Origin: Candidatus Iainarchaeum sp.
GTDB taxonomy: Archaea; Iainarchaeota; Iainarchaeia; Iainarchaeales; GCA-2688035
DNA length: 32,000 bases
Reading direction: 5' to 3'
Assembly: GCA_028713935.1 (NCBI GenBank)
Contig: JAQTNI010000008.1
Coordinates: forward strand, 1-32,000
Shown here: one piece after another, positions 8,580 through 16,425 of the stretch
Position numbering within the stretch: position 1 is the stretch's first letter
Layout: the number at the start of each line of letters is the position of its first letter
Notes under the pieces: model-generated
The model's input: the letters and a program-made list of their open reading frames with translations, nothing else
What the model was told of the DNA's origin: nothing
Database searches by the model: none
Translations under genes and position numbers: made by a program

Positions 8580-10190
8580 TTAGGGCTTGAAGCCTATCCA
8601 GGAAACATTTTCATCCATCAGCCTGTTGAAGCCGCTTTTGTTTTTTGCAAAAGCCCTGAAAAAAATGCTTTTCTGCAATCCAAGCTTCAAAAGCATTTTC
8701 TGCTCATCGCTTTTTGTTTCAAGCTTAAGCTTCCTGTTCTGCGCTTCAAACCTTTTTATTGCGGTTGGATTTTCAAGTTCCGCAATAATCCATTCTTCCC
8801 CAAGTGCTTTCCTGGTTTTTTCAATTGTTTTGCAGCACAAATCAATATTTTTCTTTCTGGAAGAGGATTGCAAGGAATGCCTGCATGCCTGCAGCAATGA
8901 ATGCAGACCAAGCACTGGCTGCATTTTTTCAATTTCAATCCCCGCATTTTTTAAATAGGCTCTTTTTGCAAGTTCGCTTTTTTTAAGTTCAGCCAATTGC
9001 TTTGCTTTTTCAGCCAAAAAAACTGTTTTTTCCAAAAATTCTTCAGGAGAATTCGGCACAGCCTGTTTCAGCAGGTTCAATGCAATAAAAGAAAGAATCC
9101 CGTTTTTTGCGGGAATCCCATTAAAAGCCTGGAAATAATTTTTTTTGCAGTTCAGGAAACCTGCTTTTTTGCAGAGCTTTTTGTTTACAAGGCCAATCTT
9201 GTATTTTGTGTCAACCAAAAAAACAGGCTTCATGCCAGAATTGCCCGCAACTGTTTTTTCAAGAAATTTGTTTGCAAGCACAACAAGCGTTTCATTGTCA
9301 AGCTCAAATTCAGTGTTTTCAGGCACAAAAAGATTCAGCCCAATATTCCCCAAAGGCTTTTTTGTTGAAGCGCATGCAAGAGCCCCTGCGAAAAAGTCTG
9401 CAGCCTCTTCCGCCTGGCTTTTTTCAATAAGAGAGGCAATTGCAATGTTTGCTTCCGCAATATTAATCCCCCAGGAAAAAAATTTTTGCAGCTTGTTTTT
9501 CTGCTTTACGCATTCAAAAATTGTTTTTTTCATGCCAGCGCGCTTTTCGGCTTTTACTGTAAAAGCAGAGGGCTTTGTGCTGAAATCCCCTATGTTTGCA
9601 ATGAAAATGTCAGAAGAAAAATGCAAATCGCTTAATTCTTTTGGAATTACTTTCAAAAGATTGTATTCAGTGAGAATAGCCCTGTTTGAATAGGGCTGCC
9701 TTGAAATTTTTTGTTCAACTTCAAAAACAGGCAATCCAACTCTTGCATACTCATTTCTTATTGTTTCATGGCCGTATTCAAGCAGCTTTACATTTACAAG
9801 CTCCCTTATGAGCGCAGTTGTAAGATAGGAAATTTGCAGGCCATTGATTTTTTCCTCGACTTCCTTCCCGATTTTTTCCGAGACCCCTCTTGTGATTTTT
9901 GTTTCTTTCAGGAGGGATTTTATGATATTGCCCCTGTCAAAGGCAGTTATTTCCAGATTAGAGTTTCTCACTGTCATTCTCTGGAAAGAAGCAAAAATAT
10001 TCGCGGCTTTAGGGTCAAGTTCCCTCAGCACTTCCAATGCCCTGAGGCGCATTTTTTCAGGCTCTTTTGTTTCCATTGAATTTAATTCTTTTATGATTCT
10101 CACAATGCACCATTTGCTAGCATTTGCTTCCTCGCATTCCTTTGCAATTTTTTCAATTGCCTCTTCAATCGGTTCCTGTTCCTGAGCCAT
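8580..10190 (-). CDS. ATP-cone protein, NrdD-like (anaerobic ribonucleotide reductase N-terminal homolog) lacking a glycyl-radical C-terminus
   Basis: An ATP-cone pattern is present (FDRGNIIKSLLKETKITRGVSEKIGKEVEEKI...LIRELVNVKLLEYGH...YARVG), preceded by a partial ATP-cone-like end (ALEVLRELDPKAANIFASFQRM). The segment LSDLHFSSDIFIANIGDF resembles the NrdD aH..G.ihiHDl region. No Zn-ribbon CxxC or glycyl-radical motif is visible at the C-terminus. Confidence 0.5.
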   Translation of the reverse strand: MAQEQEPIEEAIEKIAKECEEANASKWCIVRIIKELNSMETKEPEKMRLRALEVLRELDPKAANIFASFQRMTVRNSNLEITAFDRGNIIKSLLKETKITRGVSEKIGKEVEEKINGLQISYLTTALIRELVNVKLLEYGHETIRNEYARVGLPVFEVEQKISRQPYSNRAILTEYNLLKVIPKELSDLHFSSDIFIANIGDFSTKPSAFTVKAEKRAGMKKTIFECVKQKNKLQKFFSWGINIAEANIAIASLIEKSQAEEAADFFAGALACASTKKPLGNIGLNLFVPENTEFELDNETLVVLANKFLEKTVAGNSGMKPVFLVDTKYKIGLVNKKLCKKAGFLNCKKNYFQAFNGIPAKNGILSFIALNLLKQAVPNSPEEFLEKTVFLAEKAKQLAELKKSELAKRAYLKNAGIEIEKMQPVLGLHSLLQACRHSLQSSSRKKNIDLCCKTIEKTRKALGEEWIIAELENPTAIKRFEAQNRKLKLETKSDEQKMLLKLGLQKSIFFRAFAKNKSGFNRLMDENVSWIGFKP

Positions 10191-10296
10191 TTAACAAGAA
10201 TTGTTCAGAAACCAATAAAACAAAAGAGGGTTCTTTGAAAAGCAAACTTTTTAATATGTTTTTCTTAAGAATAATTACTGCGGGTTTGGGGCTATT

Positions 10297-10770
10297 ATGA
10301 GGGTTTCTCTTGACAAGATTGATTTGGTTGTAATCCAGAAGCTTATTGAAGACGGAAGGGCAAGCTTTTCCAGCATTGCAAAGGAAGCAAAGCTGACCGA
10401 TGTTGCGATTAAAAAGCGCGTTGAAAGCCTAAAGCGAAAAGGAGTTATTTCTTCCATAACAGCAAACCTGAGTTACAAAACCTTGGGATTTGAAAACCCT
10501 ATTTTTATCCAGATAAGAAGCGAGGTTGCAAAAAACAAGGACCTGATAAAAAAATTGTCTGCGCTTGATTATGTCTGCGAGCTTTACCAGGTGCTTGGGG
10601 AATACAATTTGCTTGCAAAAATAATTGTGCAGGATCTTGATGCTGCTGAAAAAACAATCAGCAGGCTTGGCACTATTGATGGCATACTTGACCTGAAAAC
10701 TCTTGTTGTGCTGACAGAAATAAAGCGCTCCGGCGCCCTTCCTTCAGAAGCACTGCAAAAAAAGCTTTAA
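10297..10770 (+). CDS. Lrp/AsnC family transcriptional regulator
   Basis: The wHTH region is LDKIDLVVIQKLIEDGRASFSSIAKEAKLTDVAIKKRVESLKRKGVI. It is followed by a RAM/AsnC_trans_reg-like half (ELYQVLGEYNLLAKIIV). Confidence 0.85.
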   Translation: MRVSLDKIDLVVIQKLIEDGRASFSSIAKEAKLTDVAIKKRVESLKRKGVISSITANLSYKTLGFENPIFIQIRSEVAKNKDLIKKLSALDYVCELYQVLGEYNLLAKIIVQDLDAAEKTISRLGTIDGILDLKTLVVLTEIKRSGALPSEALQKKL

Positions 10771-10818
10771 GCCTGCAAAATTTAAATTGTTACGCCTGTT
10801 TTTATAGTGTGGTAAAAA

Positions 10819-11406
10819 TTGCCTGAAACAGCAAAGCCAATTGTGATTACAAGGATTGAAGTATTAGTTCACCCGTTTTACACTGGGATTAGTGGCATGG
10901 TGCTAAGACGATATAAAATGCAGGGGCAGGCTAATGCAAAAAAGCTCGCACATTACTGGGGAGAGCAAATCCAGAGTGCTGCCAAAGACCCTTCTGCAGT
11001 TCTTATTGTGGTTCCTTCCCCAAAAGCCAATTGGATCCCAACGAAACAGCAAAGACGGTATTATGAAGAGAGGCAAAAAAAATTGTTGCTTTTTGCAAAA
11101 AAAGCACTTGGGCAAAGGTTTTTTTGCTTTCGCAATTTTTTACAATTCCAGAATTTTAATGAGCAATTTAATGCAAGAGGTTTTACCTTAGACAAAAGCA
11201 CTTTGCACGGAAAGGTTTTTGGAGAATATTTGCCCATGTGTGTTTCTGCGGCACAGATTAAATTATGCGAAATCTTGGGCATTAATTCCAACAATTTACA
11301 AAGAGAAATGCGGCTAAGTGTTGGAGACGCTTTTGAGTATGTTGGGGGAAAAAGAAGAAGGGCAAATCCAAGGAAAGCGATAAGAAGGCAAGTTAGAGGA
11401 AAATGA
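10819..11406 (+). CDS. Hypothetical protein, tandem paralog A (basic C-terminal tail)
   Basis: This 195-aa ORF has a TTG start at 10819. No in-frame ATG lies upstream of the conserved N-terminus. It is clearly homologous to the next ORF (ITRIEVLVHPFY / ISRIEVLVHPFF; KKLLLFAKKALGQRFF / KKLLVFAKKTLGNRLF; FGEYLPMCV / FGEYLDLCV). Confidence 0.65.
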   Translation: MPETAKPIVITRIEVLVHPFYTGISGMVLRRYKMQGQANAKKLAHYWGEQIQSAAKDPSAVLIVVPSPKANWIPTKQQRRYYEERQKKLLLFAKKALGQRFFCFRNFLQFQNFNEQFNARGFTLDKSTLHGKVFGEYLPMCVSAAQIKLCEILGINSNNLQREMRLSVGDAFEYVGGKRRRANPRKAIRRQVRGK

Positions 11407-12017
11407 TTTTTATGTCTGGAATAAAACAGCCAATTATGATTTCGCGTATAGAAGTTTTGGTGCACCCGTTTTTCACGCTAATTTGTAATAGAGACAGTTT
11501 TATTGGGGATAATAAAAAGCAGGTGAAAAAAAAAATTGAGGCTCTTGCGAAGCAATGGGGAAGGGAGATACAATTAGTTGCCTCAGATCCTTCAGCAATT
11601 TTGGTTGTAATGCCTACTTACAAGCAGGTGCCTGTTTCAAATAGCCCTAATAGCAAGCTGAGCAAATGGAGCGCCTTGCAATTGAAAAAATTATTGGTTT
11701 TTGCAAAAAAAACTCTTGGAAACAGGCTTTTTGCTTTCAGCACTTTTGGGCAACTCCAATCTTTGGAAAATGCCGCTAGAAAAAAAGGTTTTGTTTTTGA
11801 CAAAAAAGCTTTGCGCGGAAGGGCTTTTGGCGAATACCTGGATCTTTGTGTCCAGACAGCGCAGGAAGTATTATGCAAAGGCCTGGGAATTGGCGTGGAA
11901 AGAATTCCGGTTTCCCGAAGGTTAGGTGTTGAAGGCGTGCACGATTATTTTGAATTCAAAACAAAACCCCCTGCCAAAAAGAAAAGAGCATCAAGCTCAA
12001 GAAGGCGCCCTGTATGA
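11403..12017 (+). CDS. Hypothetical protein, tandem paralog B (basic C-terminal tail)
   Basis: This 204-aa ORF has ATGA start/stop overlaps with paralog A at 11403-11406 and with topA at 12014-12017. The C-terminus reads KPPAKKKRASSSRRRPV. Confidence 0.7.
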   Translation: MIFMSGIKQPIMISRIEVLVHPFFTLICNRDSFIGDNKKQVKKKIEALAKQWGREIQLVASDPSAILVVMPTYKQVPVSNSPNSKLSKWSALQLKKLLVFAKKTLGNRLFAFSTFGQLQSLENAARKKGFVFDKKALRGRAFGEYLDLCVQTAQEVLCKGLGIGVERIPVSRRLGVEGVHDYFEFKTKPPAKKKRASSSRRRPV

Positions 12018-14206
12018 TTCTTATCGTTTCTGAAAAGCCTATTGCGGGAGAAAGGATTACTGCCATTCTTTCCGATGGAAAATTCCAGACCCAGGGAAGC
12101 GGAAGGGCTGTTTTTTTTGTTTTTGAGAAATCAGGCCAGCAATTCACCACTGTTCCCTTGAAGGGGCATGTCAGGGATGTGGATTTTCCTGTCCAGTACC
12201 AGAGCTGGATTGGGACTGATTTGAAGCAGCTTGCCAATGCAAAAATAAATTATATTGACACTGAAAAGGAAATTGTTGAATTGCTCAAAAAGGTCGCTCC
12301 AAGCGCGGAAAAAATAATTATTGCAACAGATGCTGACAGGGAAGGCGAATCAATCGGCCTTGAGGCTTTGAATGCAGTGAAATCAGTCAATCCAAAAATA
12401 AAAGTTGAAAGGGCAATTTTTTCAGCCATAACCCCTAAAGACATAAATCCTGCTTTTGAAAAGCCAGTTGCCTTTGATTATAATCTGGCCGATTCTGCCG
12501 ATGCGCGCAGGGAAATTGACCTTGTCTGGGGAGCAGCGCTTACAAGATTTTTGTCAATTGTTTCAGGAAAGCTTGGAAAAGAATTTTTGAGCGCAGGAAG
12601 AGTCCAGATGCCAACCCTGAAACTTATTGTTGACAGGGAAAAAGAAAGAACTGCTTTTCTAATAAAGCCTTTCTGGGAATTACAGGCAATTTTTAGGAAA
12701 GGTACAGAACAATTCCCCGCAGAACATAAGAAAGGAAGGTTCTGGAACAAGGAAGAGGCAGAAAAGGCTTTTGACTGCCAAAAACCCCCAATCGGAATTG
12801 TTTTAAGCGTGGAAAAAAAGCACAGGATAATTTCAAAGCCAATTCCTTTCAACACAACAGGCTTTTTAAGAAGCGCAACCGCAATCGGGTTTTCAGCAAG
12901 CCAGGCAATGAGCATTGCTGAATCCTTGTACCAGGCAGGGTTTATTTCTTATCCCAGGACTGACAATTCCGTTTATCCCGCGAGCCTTGACATCAGGGCA
13001 ACTCTGGCAGAGCTTGGAAAAGTAAAGGAATTTTCAAAGGACACTGAAAAATTGCTTGCCATGAAACAGATTGTCCCGAGCAGGGGCAAGGAGGCAAAAG
13101 ACCATCCTCCTGTGCATCCTGTTGCTGCCGCAAAAAAAGATTTTTTGGCTTTGCAGCAATGGAAAATTTATGAGCTTGTCTGCAGGCATTTTTTTGCTAC
13201 TCTTGCAGAGGATGCTGAAACAGAAAACATGCTTGTTGAAATTGATTTGAATAAGCAGCCTTTTGTTGCGCATGGGCAGATTTTTACAAAGCTTGGCTGG
13301 AAAGAATTTTACCGTTATTCAAAGGCAACAGAAGTAGAACTTCCAAAGCTTGAAAAAGGCGACAAGCTTGATTTGGTGAAGCTTGATTTGCTTGAAAAGG
13401 CAACAGAGCCTCCTGCGCGTTACAGCCAGGGTGCACTGATAAAATTAATGTCTGACTTGAATCTCGGGACAAAGGCAACCCGCGCGGAAATAATCCAAAA
13501 GCTTTATGCAAGGCAGTATATTTCAGGGCAGAAGGCAATTGTCCCGAACAGGATTGCTTTTGCAGTGATTGATTCCCTTGAAAAATACGGTGAAAAAGTT
13601 GTCAAGCCAGAAATGACTTCTGACCTTGAAAAAGAAATGGATATTGTTGCTGCGGGTTCAAGGCAGAAAGAATCAGTTGTTGAAGAATCAAGGGGATTTT
13701 TGCTCGGCATTCTGGATGAATTGTTGAAGAACAGGGCAAATATTGGCTCTCTCATAAGGGATGCTGCGAGGTCTGATTCCATTGTTGGAAAATGCGGAAA
13801 AGGTGGCTGTGAAGGAAATTTGATAATAAGGCATGGCAGGACTGGCAAAAGGTTTTTGGGCTGCACAAAGTATCCCCAATGCACAAACACTTTCCCCCTT
13901 CCCCAAAAAGGAAAAATTATTCCTACTGAAAAAAAATGCCCTGACTGCGGCAATATTGTAATCCAGGTTGCTGGCGGAAGGCGCAGGTTTGAAATGTGCA
14001 TTGACATGAACTGCAAAAGCAAGGATGCCTGGAAAAAAGCCTCACTCGAAAAAGCTGCAAAAAAAGAAGCCGATGAAAAAGCAAAGGCAGCTGAAGTAAT
14101 TCCCGCAGAAAAAGCAATTGAAAAGCCAGTGAAAGAAAAAAAGAGGCAGTTGAAAAAACCAGCAAAAAAGCCAAAAAAAGAAAAGAACAAACCCCAAAAA
14201 ATTTAA
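12014..14206 (+). CDS. topA: DNA topoisomerase, type IA (archaeal TopA / Topo III-like)
   Basis: The Toprim region is ILIVSEKP...IIATDADREGESIG. The active-site tyrosine context is GFISYPRTDN. Two C-terminal Zn-ribbon-like Cys clusters are present (CGKGGCEG...CTKYPQC and CPDCG...CIDMNC), followed by a Lys-rich tail. Confidence 0.92.
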   Translation: MILIVSEKPIAGERITAILSDGKFQTQGSGRAVFFVFEKSGQQFTTVPLKGHVRDVDFPVQYQSWIGTDLKQLANAKINYIDTEKEIVELLKKVAPSAEKIIIATDADREGESIGLEALNAVKSVNPKIKVERAIFSAITPKDINPAFEKPVAFDYNLADSADARREIDLVWGAALTRFLSIVSGKLGKEFLSAGRVQMPTLKLIVDREKERTAFLIKPFWELQAIFRKGTEQFPAEHKKGRFWNKEEAEKAFDCQKPPIGIVLSVEKKHRIISKPIPFNTTGFLRSATAIGFSASQAMSIAESLYQAGFISYPRTDNSVYPASLDIRATLAELGKVKEFSKDTEKLLAMKQIVPSRGKEAKDHPPVHPVAAAKKDFLALQQWKIYELVCRHFFATLAEDAETENMLVEIDLNKQPFVAHGQIFTKLGWKEFYRYSKATEVELPKLEKGDKLDLVKLDLLEKATEPPARYSQGALIKLMSDLNLGTKATRAEIIQKLYARQYISGQKAIVPNRIAFAVIDSLEKYGEKVVKPEMTSDLEKEMDIVAAGSRQKESVVEESRGFLLGILDELLKNRANIGSLIRDAARSDSIVGKCGKGGCEGNLIIRHGRTGKRFLGCTKYPQCTNTFPLPQKGKIIPTEKKCPDCGNIVIQVAGGRRRFEMCIDMNCKSKDAWKKASLEKAAKKEADEKAKAAEVIPAEKAIEKPVKEKKRQLKKPAKKPKKEKNKPQKI

Positions 14207-14260
14207 CTATTCTTTTTATACTGTCATCTATTTATACACTCCGATCAGAAGGTATTTGTT

Positions 14261-14728
14261 ATGGCTGGAAGGATTCGTTCAGTTGGAAAAAGAGCGTGGG
14301 CCACTATTCGTGGTAGCATGGCAAGGAAACCTGTCTTCAGGGGCAGAAAAATAGGCGTTGATGCGCAAGAGGCTGTTTTTCATTTGAAGGATGCACGGTT
14401 GACACGAACCATTGGCACAGTGTTTGCAGCTCTTTCTGGGGTTGGGATTCAGCATCATGCAATTGCGAAGGGCGCGCAGGCAGTAGCCAATGCCATGATT
14501 TTTCAGATGGTTGCAGTGAACGGAATAAGGAGTGCAACAAAGTTTGTTGGAAAAGAATTGTCAAAAGAAGCTTTACAAAATCAAGACCTTAAAACTTTTC
14601 TGCAATCTTACAAATTTGTGATTATTGACAGGAAAGGCAGAATCAGGGGCACTGATCAAAAGCAAGTTTTGCAAGGGGTTGGCAGGATTCGCTTAGAAAC
14701 AAGTAGAATTTTGAACAACTGGTATTAA
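14261..14728 (+). CDS. Hypothetical protein (basic N-terminus MAGRIR...)
   Basis: This 155-aa ORF has a TTTATAC box about 26 nt upstream of the ATG, a leaderless-type layout. I recognised no family. Confidence 0.5.
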   Translation: MAGRIRSVGKRAWATIRGSMARKPVFRGRKIGVDAQEAVFHLKDARLTRTIGTVFAALSGVGIQHHAIAKGAQAVANAMIFQMVAVNGIRSATKFVGKELSKEALQNQDLKTFLQSYKFVIIDRKGRIRGTDQKQVLQGVGRIRLETSRILNNWY

Positions 14729-14802
14729 CATAATTTGTTCTTTTTGTTATTTCGGCTAATTGGCAATTTTTTTACAATAACAACTAATGCGGAAAATTTG
14801 AA

Positions 14803-14858
14803 AGAAGAGGGCCTTTAAAAAAGAAGAACTGAACTTAAGGTGAGCCTATCCCTCTTCT
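14803..14858. repeat. Perfect 9-bp inverted repeat (AGAAGAGGG ... CCCTCTTCT) with 38-nt spacer in the largest intergenic gap
   Basis: I read it directly: 14803-14811 is agaagaggg and 14850-14858 is ccctcttct. It lies 75 nt downstream of the preceding stop codon. Confidence 0.6.
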
Positions 14859-15006
14859 CCCAACTCAATTGGTTTTGTCCTCCTAAGTTATGGTATAGAT
14901 ATACGGCTGTTCCTAAATATATAAAACAACTGACTTTTGATGTAACAAAAAATACATTTTAAATATCTTTGATGTGATATTTTTAATATTGGAATTGGTT
15001 TTTTTT

Positions 15007-15546
15007 ATGGCTTCTGCACCGAAACTTGATGATTCTATCCGCCTTAAAATTCTTGAGGCTTTATTGAAAAATGGCACTGTCACTCCCCATATAAGGCAGA
15101 TTCAGAAAATAACAGGCTTCCACAAGGCCACAATCAAAAGTTCCCTTGATTTTTTGAAAAAAGAAGGCGTTGTTCAGGGCTTTGGCCCGAAAATTAACAT
15201 GAAAAAATTCGGCCAGTCACTTGAAGTTTTTTTCTTTCTGCAGGCAGACACTTCGCAAAAAAAAATTTTTGAAAAATTTTTGGAAACAGCAAAAGATGAT
15301 CCCCATCTTTTCAGGATTTCCGCAATAATCGGCTCGGGTAACTGGAACCTGCTTGCGCGCTTCCTTTACAGGGATGTTGAGTCTTTTCACCATGAACTGC
15401 AAAAAAAATATTATGATGCGATTCCGGGCTTTTATGATTTGGTGAAAAACAGGCAGGTTTTTTATGCAACAGAGCCGCAGTACAAAGGCTCTTCAATAAC
15501 AGATTCAATAATCCAGATATTAAAAAAAGAAAAGGGGCTTGACTGA
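15007..15546 (+). CDS. Winged-helix transcriptional regulator (Lrp/ArsR-like, with C-terminal ligand-type domain)
   Basis: The wHTH pattern is LDDSIRLKILEALLKNGTVTPHIRQIQKITGFHKATIKSSLDFLKKEGVV. The ATG is at 15007; the ORF-track GTG at 14974 adds only a hydrophobic extension. Confidence 0.6.
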   Translation: MASAPKLDDSIRLKILEALLKNGTVTPHIRQIQKITGFHKATIKSSLDFLKKEGVVQGFGPKINMKKFGQSLEVFFFLQADTSQKKIFEKFLETAKDDPHLFRISAIIGSGNWNLLARFLYRDVESFHHELQKKYYDAIPGFYDLVKNRQVFYATEPQYKGSSITDSIIQILKKEKGLD

Positions 15547-16345
15547 CTTGGAAATAGAGCTTGACATTAACAAGAGCCTTGAAGAGAATGCTGCGCATTT
15601 TTTTGAGGAAAGCAAGAAGGCAAAGAAAAAGCTCAAAGGCCTGCTTCCTGCAATAGGGGAAACAGAGAAAAAAACAGCGAATATTGAAAAAGGGCAGTCG
15701 AAAAAGGAAGATGCCCTGCCATTGAAGAAAAGAAACAGGGCCTGGTTTGAGGCTTTTCACTGGTTTTTTTCAAGCGATGGGCTTCTTGTTATTGCGGGAA
15801 GAAGCGCAAAGGAAAATGAGCAGTTAGTGAAAAGGCATCTTGAAGAAGGGGATTTGTTTTTGCATGCTGATATTCAGGGAGGCGCTGCCACAATTGTCAA
15901 GCCTGAAGGAAAAAAAATTCCTGAAATTACATTGCTTGAAGCTGCAAATTTTGCGGGTGTTTTTTCCAAGGCCTGGCAATCTGGAATTCCTTCTGTTGAA
16001 GTTTATGCTGTTTCAAAAGAACAGGTTTCAAAAAAAGCCCCAACTGGGGAAGCGCTTTCAACTGGCGGCTTTATGATTTATGGTAAAAGGCAGTGGTTCA
16101 AGGCGGAAATGAAACTTGCAATTGGCCTTAAGAGGGAAGGTGATTATTTCATTGTAATTTCCGGGCCAGTGAATGCAGTGAAAAAACAGGCAGTTGCCGT
16201 AGTTGAAATAAAGCAGGGGAATTTGAAGGCAAGTGAAGCCGCAAAAAAAATCCTGAAAAAATTTTCAGAACAATTGAAACAGGAACCCAAGATAAGCCTT
16301 GATGAAATAATAAGAATGCTGCCAAGCTCAGATATTGGTTTTTAA
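15539..16345 (+). CDS. NFACT-R (DUF814) domain protein, short form lacking NFACT-N
   Basis: A coiled-coil N-terminus is followed by WFEAFHWFFSSDGLLVIAGRSAKENEQLVKRHLEEGDLFLHADIQGGAATIV, typical of the NFACT-R/DUF814 module of NEMF/Tae2/FbpA proteins. The start must be TTG (15539 or 15548), because the first in-frame ATG lies far inside the domain. Confidence 0.7.
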   Translation: MTDLEIELDINKSLEENAAHFFEESKKAKKKLKGLLPAIGETEKKTANIEKGQSKKEDALPLKKRNRAWFEAFHWFFSSDGLLVIAGRSAKENEQLVKRHLEEGDLFLHADIQGGAATIVKPEGKKIPEITLLEAANFAGVFSKAWQSGIPSVEVYAVSKEQVSKKAPTGEALSTGGFMIYGKRQWFKAEMKLAIGLKREGDYFIVISGPVNAVKKQAVAVVEIKQGNLKASEAAKKILKKFSEQLKQEPKISLDEIIRMLPSSDIGF

Positions 16346-16425
16346 TTGCTTTCGGAGGGATTATTTTTTTTGGGAGCTTGTTTTTTTAGTTTTTGTTTTT
16401 TTAGTGTTAGTTGTAGTTGGTTTTT

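Noticed and set aside
13504-14190. Long antisense ORFs in the track, for example 13504-14190 (-) 228 aa, 17709-18533 (-) 274 aa, 20258-20968 (+) 236 aa, 9145-9693 (+) 182 aa and 16971-17486 (-) 171 aa.
   Set aside because: Each lies fully opposite a gene with strong family motifs (topA, cdc48, the pilin string, the NrdD-like gene). Each translates to low-complexity Ser/Phe/Leu-rich sequence with no recognisable motif. These are typical shadow ORFs in a genome rich in AAA/GAA codons.
14925-14990. TGATGT/TGATGTGA and CTGA motifs that could suggest a C/D box sRNA.
   Set aside because: The order and spacing of the putative C, D', C' and D boxes do not fit on either strand. The boxes deviate from RUGAUGA, and the region is better explained as the AT-rich promoter of the gene at 15007.
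16378-16405. A perfect 13-nt direct repeat, TTGTTTTTTTAGT, occurring twice 15 nt apart between the NFACT-R and cdc48 genes.
   Set aside because: It is low-complexity T-rich sequence in a spot where an archaeal oligo-T terminator and the cdc48 promoter are expected. I saw no evidence for more than that.
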